DNA of 64,000 nucleotides, taken from IMG/VR virus record IMGVR_UViG_3300022554_000003; one strand, given 5' to 3'. Within the stretch, counting starts at the first letter, position 1, and every line of letters begins with the position of its first letter. Made by a program: the position numbers and the translations under genes. Shown here one piece after another: positions 17,415 through 26,956 of this stretch. Source of the stretch: a virus. The notes under the pieces are model-generated. The model did no database searches. It was not told the DNA's origin and saw only the letters and a program-made list of their open reading frames with translations.

Positions 17415-17833
17415 TGGGAAAAGATTTAGATTTGCTACAGTCGGAAGAAGGATTATTTTTTGGAACTTTCAATGATGTTATTATTAAAAATCATGATATG
17501 AAGTTAATTGAAGGAGCAGAAAAGATAGCGCAAGATATAGTCAAAATACTTCTTATAACTAAAGGCAGTCATTTGTTGTTCCCGAATTATGGAACATTGA
17601 TAGCGACATATATAAATGGAAGAAAGACTAAAACTGTCGATGAGAATATAATAAATGAGATTGTCTATGCTTTGACGTACGTAAAGCAGATGAATGGCAA
17701 TGAAGCAATTAATATAGACACAATACAAAGTGTGAAAGTAAATGATAACATTAATGGCTTTGTTATTGTTTTAAATATATTGTTAACAAACGGAGAGTTA
17801 TTAACAATTAAACGTCAATATGTGGAGGGTTAA
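17414..17833 (+). CDS. Baseplate wedge protein, gp25/gpW-like
   Basis: 139 aa. EKIAQDIVKILLITKGSHLLFPNYGTLI matches the GPW_gp25 pattern. Confidence 0.7.
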   Translation: MGKDLDLLQSEEGLFFGTFNDVIIKNHDMKLIEGAEKIAQDIVKILLITKGSHLLFPNYGTLIATYINGRKTKTVDENIINEIVYALTYVKQMNGNEAINIDTIQSVKVNDNINGFVIVLNILLTNGELLTIKRQYVEG

Positions 17834-17835
17834 TA

Positions 17836-19329
17836 ATGTCAATAATTGATGTGTTTACAGAGCTGAAAAACAATCTACTTGCGAACAGAAAGGATTTGGT
17901 GCTTAACCCAGGTAGTGCTATAGTTGATATATTTTTGACGCCAACTGCCTTCATAATCAACAAAAATAGAATATTGCTTGAATATCGCACAAGACTTCAA
18001 ACACTTACTGGAATAGAAGATTTGTTGACTGACGAAGAATTTATTTTACAGGTTGCGGAAGTGGAGAATAAAACAGAAAGCCAAGTGAAAGATGACATAT
18101 CCGGATTTATTGACCAATTTGGTGGAAACTATGGTTTGACAAGGAGAACTTCAATTGTTGCAACCGGATATGCTTACTTTGGAAGATTTGACCCACCAAC
18201 ATTTGATATTACAATTCCAGCTGGGACTCAAATAAAAACACTTGATGAAAAATATTATCAAACTACTGATACAGTTGTAATGACAGTACTTGGAAGTTGG
18301 TATGACCCTTCGTTAAATCTTCACGTAATCAAAGCTCCAATATCTGCTCTTTCTGATGGTATAGCTGGAAACACGGCATCTTCAACAATAAATGTTCTTA
18401 TATCTCAAATTCCTGGAATACAATTTGTCACAAACAAAGAAGCTATCACAAATGGAAGGAACGAAGAAACCGACAGCGAATTTATTGCAAGAATAAGAGA
18501 GAGATTGATGGGGACAAATTGGGCGACAAAATCTGGCATAAGAAATCTTATATTGGACAATTTCCCTTCGATTAAGGATGTTTACGTTGCTGATGCAAAT
18601 GACCCAATTATGACAAGAAACGATGGGCTTGGTGGCAAAGCTGATGTTTATCTTTTGGATGAAACATTATCTGCGACTGCGGCGGATGTTCCAATACAAT
18701 TTAATGCTCTTGGTCCAAATGGAGAAAAAGGTGTACTTTTACTTTCTCAACCAATAGACGACAGTGACCTTTCAGCTTGGTATGTAAACGGGGTAAATAT
18801 TTCTTTAACAGATTGGATTATTGTTAAAGATACAACATCAGTTCTTGCTCAATCAAACTTTGCAAGAAGTTATATATATTCTCCGACTGCAACTACGGTA
18901 CCGGCATCTATAGCTTATAAAAAGTTTCAGATAGTAAATGATGTGTACAACTTCTTTTTAAGTGGAGAATATTTTATGGTTGGTTCGATAACTGGTGCAA
19001 TTAATCCAGTTGATGTGACGATATTATTTAAAAAGGCTAATGTAAGAAAGTTAAATATTCAATTTATTCTTTATGTTGTTGCTGGTTATGATATTAACGC
19101 CGTTAAATCTCTTGTGACAACTGCAATAAATGATTATGTTAATGCATTATTACTTGGAGATAAAATAGCTCAATCAGATATAACTGGATTAGTTGAAGAT
19201 ATCGAAGGTGTAGATTTCATTGATTTCGCCGGCGGAGTCTTCGATCTTGATGCGTTCGGATTGCAATCAGTGTTGCAGCCTTCCGTAGTTGAATACATAA
19301 GGCTCAATACATTAGTAATCAATCCATAA
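17836..19329 (+). CDS. Baseplate J-like protein
   Basis: 497 aa, follows the gp25-like gene. ITNGRNEETDSEFIARIRERL matches the Baseplate_J signature region. Confidence 0.75.
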   Translation: MSIIDVFTELKNNLLANRKDLVLNPGSAIVDIFLTPTAFIINKNRILLEYRTRLQTLTGIEDLLTDEEFILQVAEVENKTESQVKDDISGFIDQFGGNYGLTRRTSIVATGYAYFGRFDPPTFDITIPAGTQIKTLDEKYYQTTDTVVMTVLGSWYDPSLNLHVIKAPISALSDGIAGNTASSTINVLISQIPGIQFVTNKEAITNGRNEETDSEFIARIRERLMGTNWATKSGIRNLILDNFPSIKDVYVADANDPIMTRNDGLGGKADVYLLDETLSATAADVPIQFNALGPNGEKGVLLLSQPIDDSDLSAWYVNGVNISLTDWIIVKDTTSVLAQSNFARSYIYSPTATTVPASIAYKKFQIVNDVYNFFLSGEYFMVGSITGAINPVDVTILFKKANVRKLNIQFILYVVAGYDINAVKSLVTTAINDYVNALLLGDKIAQSDITGLVEDIEGVDFIDFAGGVFDLDAFGLQSVLQPSVVEYIRLNTLVINP

Positions 19330-19339
19330 GGAGAGTACA

Positions 19340-20542
19340 ATGGGATTCTTTGCTTTTGATGGCAACAACATAATTTATACAGATATGATTCAAACCTTGC
19401 CAGATGGTAAGGTTTACTTCAAAGAGAAGAATATAATTCCATATATTGATTCTGTGACATTTGTTGAAAATTTTGGAGCAGCATCAGTAATTCCACCAGG
19501 AACAAACGTTGAAGTATATGTAGATGATGTATTGTATCAAGTTAAACAAACAATTTTGAATGCTGGCAACTCATTCATTTATTCCGAAATGAAGCCTCCA
19601 TATGGGAAATTTACTGTTAAGACAGTCATTAATGGAAAAGTATTTAATGAACAGATTTTTTACGCAATAAACATATTTGCCTTCTATGTCATAATAGCTA
19701 AAACATACAATTATGATTACACTGAATTGTTTAAATTATTCGGTAATTTGTTTTACAATACTACACAAAACTCAATTTTGGAAGATATGTATGGGTGGTA
19801 TTTTTACTTTAAGCAAGGGACAATGTTAACAGCTGATTACAGAAGGGCTCTTGTTGGAGACACAACTAATTATCTTGGAACTGTTAGAAGTTTTGTTAAT
19901 CATGCAATTACTCAATTTGGATTAGTCGAATTGATAAAATCTTTTGTAGGAGTCGCACCACTGATTTATGCATATAGAGAGTTCGATGGATTTTACATAC
20001 GAGAAGCTGGACTTCCACCTACTGGACCAAACATAGCTTGGCAATTACCAAGATATTGGATGGTGAACTTTGTGAGAGTTGACGGCACTACAGATTTAAC
20101 TACAGTTGATGTTAGTGGTTTAACTTTGGAATTGAAGATAAATAACTGCCAAATGATACATACATTTGCTCCATCAACAGTAGGTACTGCGGCTATTATC
20201 TCGGATTTAAAAAAGACGTTCAAAGGGTTTGTAATACAGAACGGAAATTATTTAAGACTTCAAGCCGTTTATGTAGAAGTTGTTGGAGGAACTGCTGTTG
20301 GAGCATTAGGATTAACAGTTGGAGTTTATACTGACAATGTACTTGAGGATGCGAATACAAAAAGAGCAATTCTTATGAGTAAGGAATTTAAGATATATAA
20401 CATAAGAATATGGATTCCTGTTTGGCCTTACGATGATGCTACAAAACAAATCTTAGAGAGACTTATACGTCATATTATACCAGTTAATGTAAAATATGAG
20501 ATATTGTATGGCACTGCCAGTATATGGTGTCCTATAAGATAG
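19340..20542 (+). CDS. Baseplate/tail-fibre-associated protein (gpI-like position)
   Basis: 400 aa directly after the baseplate J gene. Confidence 0.6.
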   Translation: MGFFAFDGNNIIYTDMIQTLPDGKVYFKEKNIIPYIDSVTFVENFGAASVIPPGTNVEVYVDDVLYQVKQTILNAGNSFIYSEMKPPYGKFTVKTVINGKVFNEQIFYAINIFAFYVIIAKTYNYDYTELFKLFGNLFYNTTQNSILEDMYGWYFYFKQGTMLTADYRRALVGDTTNYLGTVRSFVNHAITQFGLVELIKSFVGVAPLIYAYREFDGFYIREAGLPPTGPNIAWQLPRYWMVNFVRVDGTTDLTTVDVSGLTLELKINNCQMIHTFAPSTVGTAAIISDLKKTFKGFVIQNGNYLRLQAVYVEVVGGTAVGALGLTVGVYTDNVLEDANTKRAILMSKEFKIYNIRIWIPVWPYDDATKQILERLIRHIIPVNVKYEILYGTASIWCPIR

Positions 20543-20565
20543 TTATTTTTACGTATTTTATAAAA
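20540..20565 (+). promoter_or_regulatory. Recurrent motif TAGTTATTTTTACGTATTTTATAAAA (candidate phage-specific promoter)
   Basis: Near-identical core to the 57756 copy (TAGTTAATTTTACGTATTTATAAG). Confidence 0.35.
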
Positions 20566-20580
20566 AAAGAGGAAAAACAG

Positions 20581-20976
20581 ATGGCGGCACCACAAGCTCC
20601 AAGAAATCTATTTATAAACAGAAATGCTAATTATGCTATTGTTAAATGGAGTAAGGTAATTCAGGATATTTCAAATCCGCCACAGTATACTAATGTGATT
20701 AGATATTATGTTTATAAAACAAGTAATCCTGCTCTTTTAAACTGGGGAACACCACAGGCTATAATAACTACTGGCGATAAATATGCAGATAAAGATGTCT
20801 TTTGGATTGATTTTGCTCCTGGAAATTATCTCTATAGGGTTTGTGCCGAGAATGCAGATGGCATAGGTCCATGTGCTATTTCGTATGGTATTATAGGAAA
20901 CCCAGACGAAATCATTACTACAATACCTTGCAAATGGGATGTAGGTAAGTGGGATGAATGTGTTTGGGGACCATAA
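20581..20976 (+). CDS. FN3-like domain protein (tail/fibre accessory)
   Basis: Start moved to ATG 20581 (SD AAGAGG). APRNLFINRNANYAIVKWSKV...YYVYKT is FN3-like. Confidence 0.55.
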   Translation: MAAPQAPRNLFINRNANYAIVKWSKVIQDISNPPQYTNVIRYYVYKTSNPALLNWGTPQAIITTGDKYADKDVFWIDFAPGNYLYRVCAENADGIGPCAISYGIIGNPDEIITTIPCKWDVGKWDECVWGP

Positions 20977-20988
20977 GGAGGAAAATAT

Positions 20989-21297
20989 ATGGCAAATTTG
21001 AAAGATGATTTTGCACCAAATACAACAATTTTGTCTTCTGAGATTAATCAAAACTTTAACCGTTTGAACAATATGTTTAAGAGAGAAAACCTTACCGCTC
21101 AAGTGGATGGAATTAAAGTTCAATTTGCAACACCAGATAATTATGTTCCAGGAAGTCTTATGGTGTTTGTTGATGGATTAGCTGCAACTCCAGTCGAAGA
21201 CATTCAAGAAGATGGTGCCAACTTATTTACAACACTTTTTCCAGATCCACTTGAAGTTGGTGTTAAGTTGTTAGTCACATATATAAAAGAATTTTAA
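20989..21297 (+). CDS. Small beta-rich fibre-associated protein (paralogue of 23680..24114)
   Basis: Pattern DG..V.F......PGSLMVFVDG... is shared with the 144-aa ORF after the fibre gene. Confidence 0.55.
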   Translation: MANLKDDFAPNTTILSSEINQNFNRLNNMFKRENLTAQVDGIKVQFATPDNYVPGSLMVFVDGLAATPVEDIQEDGANLFTTLFPDPLEVGVKLLVTYIKEF

Positions 21298-21306
21298 GGA
21301 GGAATT

Positions 21307-23667
21307 ATGAAACCTAATGGTTTTAGCTTTTTTAATAAAGAAGATGGAATAATTGAAGACTTAAATACTGCGGCCTCACAACAGAGGCAATATCTTCAAA
21401 ACTATCTAAAAGGATTTATCACTCCAGGATTTGTTCCGGCTGACAATGACCTTGTTGGTTTTGATTTCAAAACAAGTGATTTTGTAATGTCTCAAGGTAC
21501 AGATATTCACCATCTTAATATGAGTGTTGTTGCAGATACTGTTATGGCCATAGATACGACTGGTCAAGTAATAACTGTTGATACCAACACTCCTTGGACG
21601 ATTGCTCCGACTCCAAGTCAGAGTTCTGGAAACTTAAATATTGACTTAAGTAATGGTGGAGCATTTTCGATAGTTCCACCATATGATAGATGGATATGGA
21701 TTAAATTTAAAGAAATAAGAAGTGAAACAGTAAATGACACAAGGGTTGATTATGATGGAGTAACGCAATATCCAGTGAAGAATATAGGGTATGAAATTAT
21801 TATTACAAATACTAATGTTAATCCTGACCCAACAGCGTTGTTTGTTGTTCACGTTAACGTTGATACTAATCAAACTTATTATACTGAACCAAGTATTGCA
21901 TTTCCAACTGACCCAATAAGATTAAAGGCAAGTGTAAAAGATAGTGCAGTTTGGGCATTACTTGAAAGTGTGACATTCAAACCTACTACTTATCAAGATG
22001 GTACAGCTGGGAATCCAAAAAGATATTCATTAAAAGACCATATTAATTCTGTTGGTACTGGAACGGTTTCTTCAAACAATCCACATGGAATAGCCCCAAA
22101 AGATATTCCAACATATGATTCGACACAATTAACGAATCAAGAATATGTTATAAGAAATGGATTTTTTTCTTCTGGACTTCCATCGTTCGATTCTTATGGG
22201 ACTATATTAAATTCTACTTCTTCAACAACAAAATATGTAAGAGTGGCAGCAACTACACCACCATTATTTTTTAATGGGCTAAAATATCCTATAAATTCTC
22301 TTCCACAATTTAATAGTAATTCTGGCTATTTAGAAATTCCTTTTGATGTTATAACATATCCTACATCTGGATATTACAAAGTTTGCATCCCAAATGGTGC
22401 AACAACACCTGTTTTCCAAGCATTCCCAGTATCATTTTTAGATTATAATGGACCATTGCTTTATGGTTTTGGGGATGATAATGAAATATTTTTAGGGTAT
22501 GTATATTGGGATACATCAATTCCAGAACTTCGAGAAACGAATAAAGCAAATAATGTAGATGGTACAAAACTTGCAGGATTTACAACAGTTGGGGTTTTGA
22601 ATAAAGCAGAAAATACATCTTTTGCAATAGCTGGTGCTACAAGTGGGAGAAATGTATTAATGTTGCCAGATGGTATTATTGACTTTGATACAAATGGTGT
22701 AGCAAGAAATATTCCAAAATGTTATTATACTTGGTATTCTGGAGGAGCTGGAACCGCAACAGCTACTGTTTCATACGATGGGACAATGATTCAAGTTACA
22801 GTAAATTGTACAAATCCAGGTGCCTTTTGGTTGTATTTTCCTCTTGCTGCAGGTCATGGTTGGGTTGGTATAATACCATTTTTTACTGCAAAATTTAGAT
22901 GGACATTGGGAATTAATTCAACAAATGTTTATAGGTGTGGTGTAAAATTGTATGATGTAATTCGCGATATGCCAGCAGACTCGAATAATCATCAAATAGT
23001 TGTTAAAAGCTTTAGTGCTTCTCAAATAGCTTTTTTTATAGTATGTCAAGCCCCTGGTACATATACATTTAATATATACGGATTAAGTGTTGTTGAAGGT
23101 GCTCAAATACCAAGTGGAGCATTGTTGCCAAATCATATTCCAGCATCACAAGTTGTTCTTAATACTAATTTTGCAAAATATGGGCCTACAGAGGTTGTTG
23201 AAGAGTTTAGACCTACAGTTGCCAATCAAAACATGGATCGAATTGTTTACTGGACCCCACAAACGCCAACTATGAAACAAACAAGCAATAATGTGCAAAG
23301 TTCTAATGCTAATTTTACTACATATGGTGCAGCCGATGATAACTTTAGTAATGTAATGATTGATAGCACAAAAATGAACAACATTGAAGTATGGCCAGTT
23401 CAAGGTTTAATGCGTGAGCTTTATGGTGGAGTATATGATTGTATATTTAATTATGACAGCTCAAAATATGAGCTTATAAGTGCCAACATGAATTGGATAT
23501 CTGGGGATTACAGTCCTGCAACACCTGATAGAGTAAAAGATTGGTTAAGATTTGCACCTGCTAGTTTTACATATTGTGTTATTTTAGCTGATAATAGCGG
23601 TGCTGCTATTTTAAATAAACACATATATTGCACTGGCACAATGATTATGAGAAGAAAAGTTGCATAG
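21307..23667 (+). CDS. Tail fibre / receptor-binding protein
   Basis: 786 aa, rich in Thr/Asn/Gly, downstream of the baseplate genes. Confidence 0.6.
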   Translation: MKPNGFSFFNKEDGIIEDLNTAASQQRQYLQNYLKGFITPGFVPADNDLVGFDFKTSDFVMSQGTDIHHLNMSVVADTVMAIDTTGQVITVDTNTPWTIAPTPSQSSGNLNIDLSNGGAFSIVPPYDRWIWIKFKEIRSETVNDTRVDYDGVTQYPVKNIGYEIIITNTNVNPDPTALFVVHVNVDTNQTYYTEPSIAFPTDPIRLKASVKDSAVWALLESVTFKPTTYQDGTAGNPKRYSLKDHINSVGTGTVSSNNPHGIAPKDIPTYDSTQLTNQEYVIRNGFFSSGLPSFDSYGTILNSTSSTTKYVRVAATTPPLFFNGLKYPINSLPQFNSNSGYLEIPFDVITYPTSGYYKVCIPNGATTPVFQAFPVSFLDYNGPLLYGFGDDNEIFLGYVYWDTSIPELRETNKANNVDGTKLAGFTTVGVLNKAENTSFAIAGATSGRNVLMLPDGIIDFDTNGVARNIPKCYYTWYSGGAGTATATVSYDGTMIQVTVNCTNPGAFWLYFPLAAGHGWVGIIPFFTAKFRWTLGINSTNVYRCGVKLYDVIRDMPADSNNHQIVVKSFSASQIAFFIVCQAPGTYTFNIYGLSVVEGAQIPSGALLPNHIPASQVVLNTNFAKYGPTEVVEEFRPTVANQNMDRIVYWTPQTPTMKQTSNNVQSSNANFTTYGAADDNFSNVMIDSTKMNNIEVWPVQGLMRELYGGVYDCIFNYDSSKYELISANMNWISGDYSPATPDRVKDWLRFAPASFTYCVILADNSGAAILNKHIYCTGTMIMRRKVA

Positions 23668-23679
23668 GAGGTATAACAA

Positions 23680-24114
23680 ATGCCTGGATTAAGAGCAAAG
23701 CTTAGAAACAGAGACCATGGAATTAACTCAATAACAAGCTTAAATATTGAGAACGACACAATACAAATAAGCGACATTAAAAAACTTGATACTGGTGATG
23801 GTACTGCAATAAATGCTGAGACATTACCTTATGAACATACATCATTAACTCCAACAATTCATGACAAAATAGCATCTATTGTCGGTGGCATTGATTGGGT
23901 TAAAGATGAGTTTATCGCCGATGGAGTAAGTGCTGTTTTTACGTTATCAAATACTTTGGATAATACTGCGCCATTTTTGGTTTTTTACAATGGACAACAG
24001 ATGAAAGAAGGTAGTGGAAATGATTTTGGGCTTAATATTCCACATACTGCAATTATTTTTAATTTTGTTCCTGTAATTAATACTCCAATTTATGTTTTAT
24101 ATCAGAAAATATAA
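23680..24114 (+). CDS. Small fibre-associated protein (paralogue of 20989..21297)
   Basis: DGVSAVFTLSNTLDNTAPFLVFYNGQQM...IYVLY parallels the 102-aa ORF. Confidence 0.55.
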   Translation: MPGLRAKLRNRDHGINSITSLNIENDTIQISDIKKLDTGDGTAINAETLPYEHTSLTPTIHDKIASIVGGIDWVKDEFIADGVSAVFTLSNTLDNTAPFLVFYNGQQMKEGSGNDFGLNIPHTAIIFNFVPVINTPIYVLYQKI

Positions 24115-24132
24115 CGCATTCTCGGAGGGGAC

Positions 24133-24633
24133 ATGACTAAAAAGAAAAGCTCAAAAAAGAAATCTTCGAGTTTCGAAGTTTCAAATATACATTTAGAAAT
24201 GTACAAAAATGTAGCAAATATTACGGAGACTCTTATTCATTTTAAAGATATTCTTAAGGCACTTATAGATATGGGGACAAAGACTTCTGCAGATATTCAA
24301 GTAATGAATGCTAAATGGGTTTCAATTAAAGACAAAGTTGATGATATGGCAGAGTGTGTTGATGAAATACAAAAGAACACTACAATGCTTTTAGCACAGC
24401 TTGATTTGAAGGAAAAAGAGAGATTTGTTGCAAAATTGACTGCGAGAAATAAGGAAAAGGAAAAGAAAAAATTCAATTGGGTTGATGTTTGGACATTTAT
24501 AATAAAAAATCCATGGTTAGCAATAACAATATTACTTACAATCGTTGGAATGGTATTGGTGGCAAATGGAGCCATTTCTGGTGAACTATTCTGGAAAGGA
24601 TTGATTGGAGAACATTTGCCAAAACCTAATTAA
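24133..24633 (+). CDS. Coiled-coil protein with C-terminal TM anchor (XhlA-like lysis-associated candidate)
   Basis: Central helical region plus WLAITILLTIVGMVLVANGAI. Position after the fibre genes matches PBSX-type lysis cassettes. Confidence 0.4.
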   Translation: MTKKKSSKKKSSSFEVSNIHLEMYKNVANITETLIHFKDILKALIDMGTKTSADIQVMNAKWVSIKDKVDDMAECVDEIQKNTTMLLAQLDLKEKERFVAKLTARNKEKEKKKFNWVDVWTFIIKNPWLAITILLTIVGMVLVANGAISGELFWKGLIGEHLPKPN

Positions 24634-24647
24634 ATCGAGGTCAGGCT

Positions 24648-24830
24648 ATGGCTGGTAAAAAGGTGATTGCAATGCAAACTTTAATTCCAATTTCGGTAAG
24701 TTCGGCTAAATTGAAGAAAGATTTTCAAAAAATGAGTGAAGGAACAAGAAAAATAGTTGATAAAATTCTTAAACAAAAAATTGAACACAATGTAGAAAGT
24801 AAATCAAATGGTAAGAAGGTGATTAAATGA
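24648..24830 (+). CDS. Hypothetical small protein
   Basis: SD GAGGT upstream. 60 aa. Confidence 0.45.
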   Translation: MAGKKVIAMQTLIPISVSSAKLKKDFQKMSEGTRKIVDKILKQKIEHNVESKSNGKKVIK

Positions 24831-25024
24831 AGTATAAATTTTTTGTTGTAGATGATGGTAGGCAAGCGGACAATATTCCACCTCTTGAGGTTGCAATTCA
24901 AATAATAGATAATGTTAAAGATGACAACACTGAAAAAATAAGACAAGTGCTGCAAGAATTTTATGCAGATGGATTTAACGTAAGGGTAATGACTGAAGAA
25001 GAGTTTAAAAAAAATGTGAGGTGA
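24827..25024 (+). CDS. Hypothetical small acidic protein
   Basis: ATGA overlap. 65 aa. Confidence 0.5.
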   Translation: MKYKFFVVDDGRQADNIPPLEVAIQIIDNVKDDNTEKIRQVLQEFYADGFNVRVMTEEEFKKNVR

Positions 25025-25031
25025 TATAATT

Positions 25032-26090
25032 ATGAATTTGCAAACAATACCAATTTTGGATTTAGCAGGAACGAAAAGATTTGCAATATTTTGTTGTGGT
25101 GGTGGGGCTGCTGGAGCATATCAAGCAGGATGGATGGTAGCACTATCACAAGCTGGTGTTGTTCAAGACGCAGACCTTATAGTCGGTACTTCAGTTGGTT
25201 CACTTAATGCAGCTTTGTTTGCGGAATTTGGAGCTGTATTACCACCTCCACCTGAAGGAATGCCAAAATTACCAGACCCTTTTATGACTGCCATTGAAGT
25301 ATGGGAATCTATTAATAAAAACTCTGATGTTTATAATGGAGACCTTGGGTGGCCACGTGTTATTGGTGGGGCTATAACTGGAGCAAAGTCAGTACTTGAT
25401 AGAAGTCCACTAAAGAATAAACTCAAAGATGTTTTTGGAGATCAGAATGTTGGAGATGTTGTCACAAACATAGAAACACATTTTGCAGTTTGTGTTGGAA
25501 ATCTTAATACAAAAAAACCAGAGTTTATAAACTCTTGGGACCCGCAGTATAAAGATGTAAAATTATTTGATGCTTTATGTGCTTCATCTGGGATTCCGAT
25601 AGCATTTGACGCAATAAATATACAACCTCTCGTACAACAAAGAAAATCACCACAATGGATGGTTGACGGTGGAGTTGCGGCAAATAATCCATTTGCAGTT
25701 CTTGCTAATTATAACAAAACATTCCCAGATAAAAAGATTGAGAAAGTTATGATTATGTATTGTTATCCAGATGATGTATCAGATTTAGGAGTCTCTCAAG
25801 GAGCACCGGATAATAAAAAATATGAAGCGTTTAGAGATGTTGGTATTGGAACACTTCCTCTTGTTATGAACGGTCAAGAAGTAATATTGGAACAATTTAT
25901 TGAACTACTTACTATGTATGGAGGGCCTGATGTAGTTGCTTGTGCTCCAAAAACGATTCCTTGTGATACATTGGATTTCACAAAACGTAAACAAGCAATG
26001 GATATGGGTTATGCTGATGCTATTATTGGAAAGGTTTTTTCTTATAAAGATAATTGTGAGATAAACATATTAGATTTTTTAAAACGATAG
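25032..26090 (+). CDS. Patatin-like phospholipase
   Basis: Oxyanion box CCGGGAAGAYQAG, nucleophile elbow GTSVG (GxSxG), catalytic Asp box MVDGGVAANNP (DGG). Confidence 0.8.
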   Translation: MNLQTIPILDLAGTKRFAIFCCGGGAAGAYQAGWMVALSQAGVVQDADLIVGTSVGSLNAALFAEFGAVLPPPPEGMPKLPDPFMTAIEVWESINKNSDVYNGDLGWPRVIGGAITGAKSVLDRSPLKNKLKDVFGDQNVGDVVTNIETHFAVCVGNLNTKKPEFINSWDPQYKDVKLFDALCASSGIPIAFDAINIQPLVQQRKSPQWMVDGGVAANNPFAVLANYNKTFPDKKIEKVMIMYCYPDDVSDLGVSQGAPDNKKYEAFRDVGIGTLPLVMNGQEVILEQFIELLTMYGGPDVVACAPKTIPCDTLDFTKRKQAMDMGYADAIIGKVFSYKDNCEINILDFLKR

Positions 26091-26101
26091 GAGGGAATAA
26101 A

Positions 26102-26332
26102 ATGGGATGGTGTGTAGATTGTGGAATTAAAACGAAAGGAAGAGCTCATCAGTGTAAATCATACAAAAAAAAGGAGAAGATTGAAGAGTGTAGAAAAGAT
26201 TATAAATACAAGGCTCCGCAAGCTCCATTAACTGCCAAGGAAAAGGAAAATATCGAAAAATTAAAATTAATTTACAATCCTGGATATGCATTAGAGAAGT
26301 ATTTTCAGGAGGTAATGAATTCTATAATATAG
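26102..26332 (+). CDS. Hypothetical small Cys-containing protein
   Basis: SD GGAGGG upstream. CVDCG...HQC. Confidence 0.5.
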   Translation: MGWCVDCGIKTKGRAHQCKSYKKKEKIEECRKDYKYKAPQAPLTAKEKENIEKLKLIYNPGYALEKYFQEVMNSII

Positions 26333-26344
26333 GTGAGGTGAGGT

Positions 26345-26614
26345 ATGGCATTTATTTTTAGAACGTATTACAAGAATGGAAGGAAATATGCTAAAATTAA
26401 TAAGGAGACTATTCTTGTAGAAACTTCGGTTCAGGATAGAATAAAGGAAATTTGTTTCAATAACTTCAAAAAGTTTCGTATTCAGTTCTACAAATCTCCT
26501 AAGGTAATGTTTATGCTTTACTTACCAAAAAACGAGAATACATCTCTTTTTGAAGAGAATTTGGAACAGGCGTTTGGTAGGTCTGTTTATTATGATATTA
26601 TAAGGACCAAATAA
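26345..26614 (+). CDS. Hypothetical protein
   Basis: SD GTGAGGTGAGG upstream. 89 aa. Confidence 0.5.
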   Translation: MAFIFRTYYKNGRKYAKINKETILVETSVQDRIKEICFNNFKKFRIQFYKSPKVMFMLYLPKNENTSLFEENLEQAFGRSVYYDIIRTK

Positions 26615-26684
26615 ATATATCAACCTTGGCCCAAAGAGAACGGTTTTTTGACCACTCTATGGTCATCTTAGAGTGTAATAAACG

Positions 26685-26939
26685 ATGTATACATTATTTT
26701 CGTACAAACATCCCCTACGCAGGCCACACGCCCGATATCGATTACCAGTACTGGGATATAATATTAAGATATTGAGAAAGAAATTGAAGTTGGAAAATAT
26801 GATGATAAGAAAAAAAAGAAATAAAGTTGAAAAATATGATGATAAGGATATTGCGTGCGTACGCAACTTCTCCTATCCTACAAATAGAAATTTTTCATCA
26901 TCATCATCATTTATTTTTCATCATCATCATCATCATTTA
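26685..26939. promoter_or_regulatory. Repeat- and palindrome-dense non-coding region (candidate replication origin or module-boundary control region)
   Basis: Perfect palindromes: ATGTATACAT (26685-94), CGATATCG (26733-40), CCAGTACTGG (26745-54), TGCGTACGCA (26856-65). Direct repeats AAGTTG(G/A)AAAATATGATGATAAG at 26787 and 26824. Opposite-sense TTTTTCATCATCATCAT(CAT)TTA at 26891 and 26914. Confidence 0.45.
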
Positions 26940-26956
26940 TTTTTTAGGTGATTTAT

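Noticed and set aside
26700-26760. Locally GC-rich segment (CCCCTACGCAGGCCACACGCCCGATATCGATTACCAGTACTGGG), examined as a possible tRNA or small RNA
   Set aside because: I could not fold a cloverleaf (no T-loop GTTCRA, no acceptor pairing). I kept it only as part of the palindrome-rich regulatory region.
26685-26951. 88-aa + strand ORF ending in HHHHHH within the large intergenic region
   Set aside because: No SD. The His run is just the (CAT)n repeat read in frame. The region is better explained as non-coding repeats and palindromes.
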